Source: Raillietiella orientalis (lineage: Eukaryota). From it: a stretch of DNA of 59,019 bases. The stretch covers positions 1,798,001 through 1,857,019 of the forward strand of contig JAYWIR010000042.1 of the NCBI GenBank assembly GCA_036172245.1, written 5' to 3'. The notes below the pieces were generated by a model. It did no database searches. It had not been told where the DNA came from and was given only the letters and a program-made list of their open reading frames with translations. The translations under genes were made by a program, and so were the position numbers. This document shows, piece by piece, positions 1-13,902 of the stretch (within the stretch, counting starts at the first letter, position 1; each line of letters starts with the position of its first letter).

Positions 1-316
1 CACTTTATTGTAGGGTTGGAACTTTCATTTCATATGACCAAGAATCTCAATCTTTTAAATTCTGAAAACCAAAGTATCTATTGTTAGAGCACCTGCAATT
101 TATTAGATGGTGAATATGCTAGAAAAATTAGAATTATTTCTACAACAAATCAGGCTTTCCTATTATAACAGACAGAGAATAAGTACATTTGTAATGAACC
201 TCTTTGCCAGCTTAAGAAATTCATACTGAAAATATGCAGCTATAATCTATAGCTGAAATTCCACATTTATTTTATTGGACATAAACAGCATAAAAATTTG
301 CCAAAAATTATTCATG

Positions 317-354
<38 letters not shown>

Positions 355-615
355 TTTTAGACCTTCTCATGCACTGAAAATTACAAATGCAAAACAACAA
401 AAATGCACAAGATCCACTAGCCATGTAACACAGTATCTAATTATTGTTAATAAAGTGCATGTTGAAGTACAAACATAATTTAGTTATAGGCATTGTCCAT
501 CTAATTATTAACAGGCAAGCATGTCCTTACACATATTATATGCACAAAGGTTCTTAATACACAATGGAATTTATAAATTCATTATGTATTGGAAAAAGAA
601 AAATCTGCAGCCTAC

Positions 616-1249
616 CTCACAAAAGGTCCTATCCTGATTTGGAGCCCAAAAAATCTGTTCCCCATTTCTGTTTACAGAAATTGGCTCAATAGCAACCCCA
701 TCTGTTGTTTTGGTATAAATAACTGAAAATACCTTGCGATCTATAGGACATGTGTTTATGGTCTGCAAGAACAAAATTTATAAACAATTGCAATTTTTCA
801 ACAATTCAGATTAAGAGTAGTTCATTCTAAACAACATACACAATCTTGGATAACAATTGGATAACTGTGTTGTATATGCTTCCAAAAACCAAAGCTTTTT
901 CAATTCTTTCTTTATCATGATGAAAAAATTCAATGCATAACAAGAATAGTTTAGAACAAAAATGGATGAGATTTTTGAACTCTTAAAAATCCTTATGAGA
1001 TAAACTTGTATAGGATGATATACTTACACTAGACCATTCTAACAAACAGTCCAAACAAAACTTATGATCACAAGAATCTGGAATCCCTATGTTTTGTAAC
1101 TTAAAACGTATGAGACAAATTGGGCAACAGTCACTTTCTCTGTGATGTGGTTGTTCAACTTCATATTCACTATCACAGGATTCTTCACTGTCTTCTGAAG
1201 CATTAGTACTCTCATAATCAAATACTTCTGAGTTAGTCACATTACTCAT
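616..1249 (-). CDS. PHRF1: PHD and RING finger domain protein 1-like, 5' coding exons only (1249-1028, 762-616); remainder not found in window
   Basis: Spliced translation gives an acidic N-terminus, then C3HC4 RING CPICLIRFKLQNIGIPDSCDHKFCLDCLLEWSS|TINTCPIDRKVF, then DRTFCE (start of a PHD finger), as recalled for PHRF1. Both exons end in phase 0 with GT donors (gtaagt, gtaggc); acceptor ttgcag. No downstream PHD exon was identifiable in 1-615. Confidence 0.8.
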
Positions 1250-4199
1250 TTTCAGAACTTAGCTAATAGCTTAATAATGAAAGTGCAATCACATCATATA
1301 AGTTACTGCATATTTTTATGCACAATTCAACAGGGATCAAAAACAAAAAAAATTGGACACAACTGAGGACTCATCAGACATGGAAATATGATCCATATTA
1401 GTGGTACACTCCAAATGTGCCATAACTAGCATAATTCCAAGATTTGAATATTCTTTGGCATATTTCATAAAAAAATCTGCACAAAATAAATTCAATTTTC
1501 AAGCCTCTTTTTCAGCAACAATGTCTTAAAAAACTTTCATATTCACATTTGTGTACAGAATGCTATAGCAATAAAAATAATCAATGATCAGCAGAGAATG
1601 CAGTAAACCTCATCCTAAAACAAGATAAACAGTCTGTCACTTATCCATTAAAAATTTTCCTGTGTGCACATTTTATATCCATTTAAAAAACAGGAGGCAT
1701 CGCTGGATAAACAAGGATTTTTTTTATTTACACCTCAATCATATACATTCTGTGAATGCCCCACCAAGTCCACATTTTAATATTTGCTACAACATGATTG
1801 ATTTTCAACAGGCTTACATGTATTTATGTGTTCACTTAAGCTACTGTAGTAGGCACACAAAGGTGAGTCCAACTTAGAATGAATGGTCTGCTTAAATAGG
1901 TAAAATGCAACAGATAACCCAATAATAATGAAGCACACAACAAACTACTTGTTGGTTGGGAATTACATGAACCACTTTTCAATAGTAGAGAAAAGATTTA
2001 ATGTTAACCCAAGTGCATTTGCCTTCATAATACGATCACACCAACATGAACAAACGTTCCGTGAAAAAAGGATGCCTAAGATCACCCTTGAAACCACCGT
2101 CGCACTGACCACTTCTTTTGTTCAATTTGTGTGGCAAATTTGGTTTTTGTAAACCTTAATTTCATTCAGTTAAGCAATACTCCAAACATCAGAGCATCAA
2201 GTAATATTAATTTATCTGTAAAAGCATTGAAATAAGCAAATTTACGAGACACATGTGCACTTTCTTAAAATACGATTGCATGACGATCCAATTCGTATAT
2301 AGCAACGTTTTCTTTATGGTTTTGGAAAACTTTAAAACCGTGGTGCGTACAAAATGTATTTTTAAGCAATGGCAACATTGTCCATTCCGAGTGATATCTG
2401 AATCGGAGAAATATTGTCTCTATACTTTAGAGAAGGTCTTAAGATTATTTATACGATCATTTTCGCAACGATTAAACAGCAAGACACATGACCCACTGCA
2501 GTAAATAACTTGAAATCAACAGGAACGAGCTGAAATGGGTAAACAGAAGCGAAAACAACAATGTGACAAACCTGATAGATAAACTTCAGGAATGCAGTAG
2601 GAAATATTTCCCGAGATATGACATTAGATTTCTCCAGTCGGAACAAAACTGATGAAAGTTACGAATCAAATCGTTTAAAAGAATTAGGAGCAGCTCCACA
2701 CAGCATCAAATAATAAGCAAAACGACGACACTACTGTACTTGGTGGTACACAACAAAGTCATGGACTAATTACAGATGACAGACAAATCTTATGTCAAAT
2801 CCCCCCACCCCCCACCCCCTAAGAAGTTCTAACTGGATTCCTGAAGTTTATTTAATAGGTTTGTCATTCCACTGTATTCACTTTCGTTACGCCCATTTTC
2901 GAAAATGATCTCGATTTTATCGTGAGCATATTCTCTAAAAAAGAAAATGTACTTGGCTACCTCTCGAGGACTGTTTACGATTATAATAGTTCAGCGAAGG
3001 ACTTCTGAAACCAGAAGATGCAAAATTCTGTTTTCTGGAACCTTACATTCTCGTGATTTTCTGGTCTCTACGAAGCAGACTTGATTGCCTGGAGATGTGA
3101 TTCCCCCAGGAGTGAAACTGTTGTCTCACTGCAAAGAACGTGTGAAAGGCCACTGCAAGCTTTCGTGGGTCAAGGTGTTCAGAGAATCGTTTGCAGCAGC
3201 TTGTACAGGACCAGACAAAAACCAAATCAATGCTGGATTTCGATAAACTTGTGAAAAGGTCACATTCGCGCACAGAGGGGTCTTAATCGTTCAGAATAGA
3301 CTTTAACGATGCCAGTGGATAACAACGAATCATCAACTATCAGTAACTCAGTGGCAATTGAGAGATTTAGAAACTACTTCGGCGCCGAAGATTAAACGCT
3401 CCTTCAATGATTTTGAGGATCTGAACTTAATGAAAAAGATAGGGGAAAAGTAGCTCCCTCGATTGCATATAATGCAGTTATTCATTTCTATCACGAGTGA
3501 ACAATGCATTGGCTATCTATGACATTGACGAAGACGAAAACAAAAGTAATACGATTGCTAACAAAATGCGATCTCTTTTCTTCGAGTACAAGAGAAAGGA
3601 ATATTCCATTATATTACAGATGTTTCTCTGCCACTTGGATTTTTTATTTTTTCTAGCGATAATTACTGCCGAAACTTTCAGAGCTTTTTGACTTGAACGA
3701 ACGATACTTATTCTTCTCATTTCCGTGAGTAGCCGCCACATTCTAATGCTATTTTGAGTAGACACTTAACGGCATGGGGAACCTTGTTGTAGTGATATAA
3801 AAGTGTTGTGACTCGGTGCTAAAGTGGGCTTGTGGGCATACTCGAAACCAGTGTATTTACAGTGGAGTAAATAGTAATTTTGTGGTCATGTTTCATTATT
3901 TCCATTTAGCGTACTAATTCACGTCAGAATGACTAGAGCTCTACTTAGAATATGTTTCTTAATGATACGATTGCCATTCGATTTTATTGGGTTAAAAATT
4001 GTTCATTTTCAAAATTGGGCATTCTATTTCAATGAAAAGAAGTTACGTCAGTTCTCAGTGCTGACCTGACTGGATTCAAAGCTGGAAACGTAGGAGATTT
4101 TCTAGTACCTGTGCAGTATTGATCTGATAATAAAGCATTAGCGTAAAAAGTGAAAATGCTCGTTGGTCCTTTGAATTGCAACAAAAGAGAAGCTTTCCT

Positions 4200-7100
4200 T
4201 ATCCTGAATGGAAAACCTGATCTCTTATTAAACTAATCTTTTTCGTCCTTTGCCCCTCTTGGCATGCCCCCAGAGACGTTTTGAAATGCCTCTTCCTGCA
4301 CGACGCCCTCGCTCCGGCAGCATTCCCACGTCTACCGATCCCAAGGAAACGAGGCGAGCGAGATCGGGCCGAGGGCTCCCCCGTGAGTGGGGTTCCGCTC
4401 GCTTCAGCTTGCAGGTGGTCCTTCGATGGAGCGGAGGCTGAGAGCCACGCGCTGTCGTGAGTCTGTCGCTGCCGCCGAGCGAGGCTCAGAATCCACTCCA
4501 GGAAGACGGGAAGGGATTCGTCGTCCTCGAGGTGGTTTTCTGCCTCGTCGCTCGTGAGTTCGTTCCCAGGCGACCCATCGGGCGAGCACTGGAAGTCTTC
4601 CGATGGCCGCGAGCAACTTCCGGATGGCAACGCAAGTGGACAGCCAACTGAGTGGCTGCAGTCATCCCCTCCCCCACACCGTCTTTTCCGTGCCGCTCCA
4701 TCCGCGCGCGTCTTGATCATTAGCCCTCCACGTCTTCCGCTACTCCCTGCAGTCCATCTCCGGGATCTGTGCCGCAAGATCGCCCGCTCTTCCTGGCCGG
4801 ATCCTCACGGTTCCTCCCTGTGTTGCTAGAGAAGGCAGATCGTGAACGCCTTGGAGGTGTCCTCCGCGACCAGGGAACACCTGGTGCTCCGTCATGGCGT
4901 TCCTGTTAGTTGATTGGCCGATTCGAGGATGACTTTGTGGGGTCGAAGTCTCACAAGAGACTCGTGATGCTTGGGGCTCGAGCCTCGTCAAGGGACGTCT
5001 TTCCAGCACACGCGAAGGCGCGAAAACCTTACAGGACGCTTCCCAGAACCAGACGATCCTCTTTTGGGGTGAGTGGGGAGGGGAAGATGCGAGCCCCTCC
5101 TCCATGCAGCCTGTCAAATGCGGAGCCCGTCTGCGGACCCATCCTCCGAGCCTCTTGTGCGACTTCGAACCTACAGAGTCATCCACATATCGGCCAAACA
5201 ATTAACAGGAACGCCATGACGGAACACCGGGACTTCCCTGGGTGCGGAGGGCACCTCCAAGGCGTCTCTCTCGTCTGTGAGGACGCTTTCCCCGGATCAC
5301 GGACGAGTTATCCAAACTGGAAGATGCGTTAGCCATCTCCAGCAGTGGGATCCTCCCGAAACCCGGCAGTGCTTCTTCCGCGGGAGGGGTTGCTGAAGGC
5401 GGGACGATCCACACGCGAGAAAGCGCGCGACAGAAATCGACGCGGTGCGTCGTGGATTCGAGTTTGTCCCGTAAGATGACGCTGGTTGGCCTCTGTTCGG
5501 GTGCGGCACTGGTAGCGGTTAAAACCGGGTGTCCCCGATGGGGGCCGGGATAATGGGAGACGACCTTCGGATCCTTCCAGAAATCAAGGAAGTGGATGCA
5601 ACTGTTGACGCGAAGGCGTCATTGTTGTCGAAGGAGCCAGAGATTCTGGGTGCGATTCCCGCCGCTGGGTTTCTTTGAGGATTTCTCTCGAGCAGGGTGA
5701 ATTTCTCAAAGAGTGTGCTGCAGGAGAATCGAAGGACAATGTGACAGAGATGGCGAAGGATGAGAGACGCAAAGGCACAGTTGGGAAGGCGGAGAGGCAG
5801 AGGACCTGAGCGCTCTTCAGAGTTGCTTTCGCTCAGAATAGAATAGAAAGAGCATGCTAAGCGAATCTAAGGGTCGATTGCATCTCTTCGCACGATGGTC
5901 AGACGCCAACTCTGCATCCAGTGAGAGAACGTGGGTGCTCTTCCAGGAGTCCCTCTAAGACCTCTGCGTGCAGAAAGAGCCATGTCGAGACCAGCCATAT
6001 TGAACCCAAGGTAGCTAAGCTCCCCTGTGATGGGAGCATCGGAATGAACTCTCCCGGAACCTTGATGGATTTGTTCGTGCGACGGTGTCATTGCATTCTT
6101 GGCAAGACTGGTTGCCGCGATCCGGGATGTGGAACTCTTGCCGCTTGTCCCTATTGTCCACTGTCCGGTTCGTTTCGTCCCCGATTCTGATCCGTCCTTC
6201 AGTAGAGTGAAGATCACGCGTCGAATTGGGAAAACGGAGAAATCGATAGTGCGTTTGCCGGAGATTTGATTTAGAGCGAGGAGCTCTTTCCCATGTGGGA
6301 AAGAGAGTTTCGAAACTCCGGAACCCGGAATATCCGAAAAACTCAATTTGCAGGTTTTCTTTCCCGACTTCCGCTTGTTTCTTGCAACCCAATTGCCATG
6401 ATTCTTCCTGTTTGGGTGGTGAAGGGTAAGCTGTTGCTGATTTGCCGTGATGACAGGATCAAGTTGTCCATGCTGGAACAGAAGCGCAGTAGCAAAGGAC
6501 ATCGAAAACGAGAGAAAACAAAGAAAGGGATGGTTGCCCCAAAGGAAAAACATTTCCTATGCTGAATTCAATACCTTTTTCCTTCCCAATTTCCATTAGG
6601 AGCTTAAAGGTGGATGTCCAAGAGTTGTCCGCTTTCCATAATCACTGGTGCTGCCTAAACGACACGATGTCCGATGAATATCTGATTTTCATTGCGTTTC
6701 CTTTGAGTTTCGAAGCTATTATTCTGGAGACCTGTCAGCTTCAACACCTATTGGAACCTAGATTGGAACTCAGAAACATTCACCTTTCTCTAATCATTCT
6801 GGTTGGTTTTCGAAGAGAAGACGGCACCTCACGGTCTCTGGAGATTCCAATAATGATTTAATGCTATGCAAATGGGTTGTTTCATCCCAAGTTGTTCTTC
6901 CCTTCCCAAATATTCCAGCCCTGTCCCATGTTCCGTTACCGAATCGTTGATGCCTTTTCCCCCTCTGTGTTGGTGTGGTGCACAGTCGTTGCATTACAAC
7001 GTGATGCGGTATTTCAGTTCGGTGAAGAATGAAGGAGGCTGGAGAAACTTGATTGCATCCGTTCTTCCGTTCATTTCAAGCTTCAGCATAAATTGCAACT

Positions 7101-7650
7101 GTGCCAGACAACTTGCATCTGCAGGACAGAAACCATCAAGTAATTGTAGCATACGGACAACCGTTTTTTGATGCGAGCAATTATTTGTCTTTAGGCAGTG
7201 CTCCTATTAGAGAATGAAATCTTTGAGCAGGTATTCATTATCGGTGTTCATAATCGTTTTGGGGGCAATGCCAAAGACAATAACTGCTCACATCAAGAAA
7301 CGAATGCATGTATGCTACAGTTATTCGATTGTTTCTACCTTTCAGCTATTCTAGACAAACTGAAGAACCACCGATGGAAGCAGATTTCCCCAAGCATCGT
7401 AAAAGGAGTAGTGAAACGAGCATGAAGAAAAAACGATAAAGAAGGGTTTCCTTCGTAATTTCGTAAATTCCGATGAGTCCTGGATGTTTGTAATTATAGT
7501 AGATTCTTGTGAAATGAGGAGAACTCGAGTTTTCATGTCGACATTGCCAGCCTTGTTTATCGTGCCTCTCAATTCCACAACAAAATCCAACGATAGTTTT
7601 CGAGTGTGGAACAGTTCTAGTTTTCACACTTCGTACTCCAAATTATCACA
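4200..7650 (-). mobile_element. Decayed non-LTR retrotransposon (L1/Tx1-like): ORF1 remnant, APE endonuclease and RT remnants; boundaries approximate
   Basis: Minus-strand motifs in the expected order, broken by stops and frameshifts: APE IMAIGLQET (~6376-6387), IRIGDETN, LASDHRA (~5895-5903); RT VDFCRALSRVW (~5424-5441), TQGSP, GRYVDD (5178-5189); possible zf-RVT remnant near 4500-4600. Confidence 0.65.
4846..5265. repeat. 119-bp inverted repeat (4846-4964 / 5147-5265) with 182-bp spacer
   Basis: The reverse complement of 5147-5265 aligns ungapped to 4846-4964 with about 17 mismatches by hand count (~86%). The duplicated piece is the QGSP...YVDD RT core. Confidence 0.9.
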
Positions 7651-8851
7651 TAGCAGTTCGGGAAATTAAAGCGTTATTTACTGCTGATGCTTGCTTATTA
7701 CATAAGCATAGGACGCAGGAGAATTCTCGAAATGTATCGATAGCAGAATTTAACAAGTGTGGTCGAGGTGGGACAAGTGTGTTCAACTTCTGACGCTTAC
7801 TGTTTCACCGTGCAGGAGAAGTGGAGAGAGAGATGGATTAAAAAAAAAAGAGAGAGAGAGAGAAGCTTTCAAAAATTCGACACTCGTCAGAAATTCACAT
7901 TGAAACACGTTATATCGGGGGTCGGTGAAGATGGCTCCCTATTCAAGCCACAACAGACATGGTCCCTAGTCTTTCTGTCGCTGCTCAGCAAGGATGCATG
8001 CAATGCATGTATGTAATAGCTGATTCTGAATCCACAGTGTGAGAGCTGAATTTGATACCTCACTCACCATGGTCAGCCTTTTCTGACACAGCTCTTTGTG
8101 TCGCAACACCAGAAAAGAAATGCAAACGTGATTTCGACGACCCAAAGCAGCGTATGTATTATATACCCCAATGTGGTTAACCCAAAACACATCACAATTA
8201 TTTTAAGTGTGAAAAATGGGGACTAGGTATAATGAGCTTATTCTTCGAATGGCACCGGTCAAATTTTACCCACTTTTCTTTTTTTTTTTTCTTTTTCTTG
8301 TTGTTGTTCCATTTGGTGAAAGTGGTAATTATTAATTATTCTGGAAAAATCGGAGACGCAATAAATTAAAGTATTGGGCATCAGTTCAGTAAATATAGGT
8401 TTGTCGAAGTGGAAGACATAGGCAGACGCTGTTTTGTTAATGAATTGCATCTTGCGATTAAGAAAAAGAAATTCTTGCATGTTCGAACGGACATGGTGTA
8501 ATTAGGATTATGCTGTTAATTCAAATGGATCCATTCAAGTTTTTATTGTTATCTATAGAGTTCGCAACTCATCTGTGAAAGTATTATGATTCCATTGCTG
8601 TCGCACGGTGTTCTTGACATTTGCTAGGTACACGTAGTTTCGACCAAGGGGTATTTCCCCAGATCTTAGCATAATATGCTTAAAAATATGAGCTTGGACT
8701 ATAAAGGTCGAATGTCACATCGGTTTTTCATGAGTATAGATTTTTGTTTTTCTCCTGATGTAAGCTTTAGAAAGTGTATTTATTTTCAGTCAAAGATACA
8801 AGTTTTTTCCAACATTTGCTTTTGAGTATTAAACCTTAGATTCATCTTCAA

Positions 8852-10512
8852 ATGGATGAGAGAGACCCTTTGCAAAGTGCTGGAGAGATATCGGATGATT
8901 ACATGTTTCCTAGTATTTCTAATGAAGTTGTTGTCGACCAGGTAGGTCAGAAATGTGAAAACCAGATTTTAATAGTAGGACAATTGCTGTAGAATAGTCT
9001 TCCATATGAAAAACATTGGCCATTCTCTTCGTTGTTTTTTCCAGAAAATATTTGCGGAACTGTAATGTATTTCGTGTATATTTCTATTTTACTTCTGTTG
9101 TCTTTCCTATTCAGGTATATAATATTTGCACGGATATGGATATTGAGCAGAACATAGAAATTCCTGTTGATGAAAATTGTTTTGCAACAGATGACAGCTT
9201 TTTCATCAATCATCCTAATTGCTTTATCAATGATGATGGTTTTTCTTCTGATGATTCTTTGCAAACTGTCCCCCATAAAAAGGTAGATAAAATATTGCAG
9301 TGCACCTTCTCTTAGTTTTAAGAATATGTAGAGCCTAAAAGTTTGGCTTCCCAAGATAAGCAGCCCAGAATCTTCATTTCTTATTGATTCAGAAATTCAG
9401 ATTGAGAATGAGAAAACTGATTTGGAGACGGGATTTTTAGATTTTCATCAAGTGCCCTTTGCTGAAGAGTTTTGTATTCTAGAAGGAGAAAAAGAGAATG
9501 CAAGCAGACTCACAGAGTTAACAGAAAACTGTTGCACAAAAATTGCTTTTCAAGAGACAAGTGTTGATAAAAGAACCAATGCAACATGTAAAGGGAAAAG
9601 AAAAAGAAACCCTACACCTCAGTCTAATACCAAAGTTGCACCTTCACATTCTAGTATGTAAGAAAATTTCTGTTTCAATTCTGTGCCTGACGTTTATGTT
9701 GAAGGAGAAAACAAAAGAAAAATCGGATTCTGAACAGTGGCACTATTTTTGCTTGTAGCCTGTGCCACCATGTTTTACCCAATCAGCTGAAACTTAGCCA
9801 CCATATTGAAAAGGAGCATTTGATAAGCTTCATGGATGAAGTTCCTGGTGTGATATATAGATGTTATCTGTGTAGTTTTGATACACCAAACCGAGCAATG
9901 CTGGAGATACATACTAAAGAACACATTGATAAGTTGGACATGAATTGCATGGCAGGACAGTCTGATTGTATCATTCAAAGGTTCAGGTAGATATTTAAGG
10001 GAAGGGAAACAGCAAGCTGAATAGAATAGCAGGAAAACTTCAGATTTGATAAAGAGGAGTACAAATGCCCTCAGTGTGCATATTTGTGTACAGTAGAACA
10101 GAGTTTCCTCAACCACATGCAATGTCACAGTGATGGCAGTGTTCTTACAGACATGCATTCATGTGAAATTTGTGGCCAAGACTTTCCGTGCAAAAAGGAA
10201 TTGAGTAGCCATTTTGAACAGCATCGTGCTGACAATTACTACTGTTGTGATATTTGCAATTTCCGCACAATCCAGTTACATAAGGTCAGGATGATATCGA
10301 AATTCCAAAAACTGTGAAACTTTCAGGTGGTGCAGCATCGACGAATGCATACTGGGGAGAAACCACATCTGTGTCCATTTTGTTCATACCGCACTGCTAG
10401 AAGAGATAATATGCGGCTGCATGTACGCAAAGTACATCATGAATTAAATATTTATAGTGACACATTTTTGCCCAAATGTTGGCTGTTAGCCAAAATTGGA
10501 TTTTCTCATTAA
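8852..10512 (+). CDS. C2H2 zinc-finger protein, multi-exon, acidic N-terminus plus six C2H2 fingers
   Basis: Fingers read after splicing: FACSLCHHVLPNQLKLSHHIEKEH, YRCYLCSFDTPNRAMLEIHTKEH, YKCPQCAYLCTVEQSFLNHMQCH, HSCEICGQDFPCKKELSSHFEQH, YCCDICNFRTIQLHK|VVQHRRMH, then TGEKP linker and HLCPFCSYRTARRDNMRLHVRKVH. A 42-nt GT-AG intron lies at 10285-10326; stop TAA at 10510-10512. The 5' exons and start ATG (8852) are less certain. Confidence 0.82.
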
Positions 10513-10949
10513 TCCGTATTCCAATTTTATATTTGTTATTGTTATTGATGGCTGTTATTGTTACAAAATGGCTAAATTATTGTGAAATCTTCGGAGTTGA
10601 ATTTATGAAATTATTGAGATTTTTGTGGCATTAAAATGTATAATTGCTTCACCATGGTGGCGTATTTCATTGTCTTCAAAAAAGATGTTTTCTTGGAAAT
10701 GTAGTTGTTTTGCTGATGGTTGTGGTTTCATTCATCTCCAAACCACACACCTTTTGGATACACAAATTAAATGCTTTTGTATTTGTTGATGAACATGAGT
10801 AGATGGCAGGGCCATCCACCTATTTTGCCAGTGCCTACTTCATAAATGCAGTGAAGTTGTACTGTGTTGCTGTGACCAAGTACCGTTATGAAAACATGAA
10901 TTATTCGGTCTGAAATTTTAAAAGGTGCAACTACCGTAAAGCTACCTCA

Positions 10950-11320
10950 TTACGTAACGGATGAAGAGACAACAACTCCAGCATTCTCCAGTTATCACCG
11001 AAATCAAAGGATGATACTCCACTCCGTGTTGGACTCAACTCTCAATTCAAGTCACGTACATTGTGAAGGTAGGTGTGGCTCACATTATGGTTGAAAAATT
11101 CCATTCACGACACTTACGCCGATGTTACAACGACTGCCGAGTGATTCAGGAGGCAATAAAAGCAAGATTCGTCTGCGATAGGGATGAACCGGAAAATAAC
11201 ACAAATGCAGTGCCACCCGATTTACGAGTTTCTGTTTTTCTTGGCGGATGACATTAGCGAAAACTTTTCGATGTAATTCACGCAAAAGGCTTAACGCCAT
11301 ATTTGGGATTACGGAAGCAA
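10950..11320 (+). mobile_element. Highly decayed non-LTR reverse transcriptase fragment
   Basis: Weak motif series QLSP...TYADVTT...SAIGMNRKIT...IFGI in roughly RT motif 4-5-6-7 spacing, with several stops. Confidence 0.3.
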
Positions 11321-12212
11321 AAATACAATGAGCAGTGGAGATGTTGCGAATTCTTGTCCGACTTAATTTAATAAATTTGGTTACGATCCGTTTACTTGAT
11401 CGAGAGCATGCATCGTTTCAATTTGACATGAGCTCCAAGTAAGGTTTCGTTTTTCTCGATGAATAGAGAATACTGCACAGCATGATGTGAATGTTTTAGC
11501 ACTGCTATATTTCATGTGATAGCAAGAACTGCCGCCAGCACATATTCCTTCAACTGCTTCCTGGTTTTGTTTGATTGATTTACTATACAATATGCTATTT
11601 AACTGTACTTTCAATGAATTGAAAATAACTGGAATTTGTTCACTGCAACTCTGAAAATAAATTGTGCTCGCAAGTATTTGCTCCTCTATTGGCATGAAAC
11701 CTGAAATCAAAACTAATATCAATAAGTTTGTTTAGGAGTTAGAGCTCTGCATCTTTCATTTTTTACGCTTATTCACGTACTATGAAATTGTCTGATGTGA
11801 CAGCCCATTTGATTTAGGCAATCCTGCAAGCATTATTTAATGGCAGCCTTATCGCTGCTCAACGGTGTTACCTAGCACGTTGTTGTTTGTACACAAGTAT
11901 TCCGCGAAAATCACTCCATTTTATTACTAAGTTTCCAACTGACTACTTCCGTGGCCTATTTTTAAGAAAATTAGTAATAAATCAGGACAATTTGCTAATT
12001 TTGCGGCCATCCCCCCCCATCCGTGCAGATTTTTCACATACTCTTGCGATTCACTTGCGTGTTGAGACAGATCACGACATCTCGATCCAATATTACAAAG
12101 GGATATATTTGGGGCTAATGCCAAAACAACAAAGGCAGTTTACGCAAGTTCTTACGATAATCGGGTATCAGGGGTTAATGAAAAGCATTTCTCACATTGC
12201 TTATTTGACAGC

Positions 12213-13110
12213 CACGATCCGATTCGTGCTCAAAGTACAACCGCGACTAACCACGTCTAACCACGGACGCTGCCACCCCGAGCGTCCCGCCTCACGGACT
12301 TGCGCGCTGGGGAGTGCTGCTCGCAATACCTCCGGAGGAGGTGAAGTGGCCCCCAGCGTGTTGGGATTGCGGCACACTTCCGTTGAAGTGGCAGGAGACG
12401 GCGTTGCTATTTCTGCACTGGGGACTGTTAAGCAGAGCACGCCTGTCTCACTGGACACTGGGGAATGTGGATGCCCGCTGTGTCGAGTGCGGAGAAAGAG
12501 AAACCTTCCCGCATCTCACCCTCGAGTGTGTCGCCCTGGATGGACTCTGGAGTAGAATCGCCCCAATCCTCCATCTTCCAGTAGGCGACCCTAAGGAAAT
12601 TTACCGTCGCCTCTTTCTGCGTGACGGCCTGCGCCCCGCTGCGTCTCTAGCAGTCCTCTGCTGCGTGCGCGGCATTGTGCAAAGGTGGCACGCCAGAAGA
12701 AGAGGCCCAAGATGCAGGGACGCCATCCACTGGACGACGATCTCTTTAGAGACGGCGACAAGGTGGCGTCTACCTTTCACAATAAAAACCGAACTTGACT
12801 GCATCCTTAACAGGATGCGGAGGACCGACCCAGGCGCCCAGTGATCCCTTCCCTGCCCCCCCCCCCCCATCTCCCCATATAATTGTTTCCCTCCCCGTTA
12901 TCTCTCTTTTTGTTTGTTTTTGTTCTAGTTTTCCCTTCCCATGCGCCTCGGGAATGGACCTAACCGGTCTATGCACCGGCAACCGACACGTCGAGCAAGG
13001 TGGGAGAACCCAGTGTTTCCCCACAGAAAACATCTTTTTTGAAGACTTTATTATCTAATTTTTGTAAAAAATTAGAATAATAAATGCCCCGGCATATCCG
13101 GGTGACAAAC
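12213..13110 (+). mobile_element. 5'-truncated L1/Tx1-like LINE, copy A (ORF2 C-terminus with zf-RVT plus 3' UTR)
   Basis: ORF to 12844 carries LPLKWQETALLFLHWGL...CVECGERETFPHLTLEC..LW (zf-RVT CCHC). It is followed by TGATCCCTTCCC, a pyrimidine tract, two hairpins and AATAAA (13079-13084). Homologous to copies B and C. Confidence 0.85.
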
Positions 13111-13830
13111 CACGTCGCACCATGGTAATTAACACGCTGATTAACAGCCATCATAAGCAATAAACTTTGAAGCCACGTTCAAATTACTGACCCACTCGAA
13201 ATAAGGAGGGAGTTTGAAATTGCTCGGTTGGAAACTGAGGTATGCAGCAAGGCCAGTCACGAAACTTTGGTTGTCAGTTTTGAAGAAATTTGCTTTACTG
13301 TGCCTCACACGCAGCTTATGAGCAAGTTTATGGCTCCCAGAGAGTCGTAACTCTACAAGAAGAGAGGCTGCGGAAGCATATAAATACCATACGAGAGGAT
13401 TCCATAGAAAGGTCGTGTTCTGCAACATCGCAAACTGGGAGCTGTTCCTGAGAAAGGTTCTGCTAAGGGGAGTAAGGTTTCGGTCCTGATTCCCCAAGAA
13501 GAAAATTCAGGAATTTTTCAGTCTCTTGGGACGCTCTTTAGATCTCTAAAATACTTCTACAGTTCGACAAAAGCACTTATAATGTGACAAACATGAAAAG
13601 ATGTGTTCTGGCGAGGATAGCGGTCTTTCTTGAATATCAAATTTCGGGGATTCTCGCTAACGATGAGAAAATCCCAGAAAGTATCAACGTAGATGATCAT
13701 CTTAGAGCGAAGCATCTGTCCTGGTCCATAGATATTGAAATGCACATGCGAAAAGTAAGCTTACTCTAGAAGATATAAGATTCTGATTCCTCTCATGATC
13801 TTGATACATCGTCGCCAAAAATTCATTCAC

Positions 13831-13902
13831 GGGCACCCAAGCAGCGAGCTGACTGTTTCAGAAATCAGAAGAAAAAATGCAGCCTGCATCCTTCAGCAGT
13901 CA
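13831..13902. repeat. 72-bp segment repeated in inverted orientation at 15685-15756
   Basis: Ungapped match to the reverse complement of 15685-15756 with 5 mismatches in 72. Confidence 0.92.

Noticed and set aside
5178..5240. RYVDD as a Penelope-like RT
   Set aside because: Upstream APE motifs (LQET, SDH) indicate an APE-type LINE, and no GIY-YIG domain was seen.
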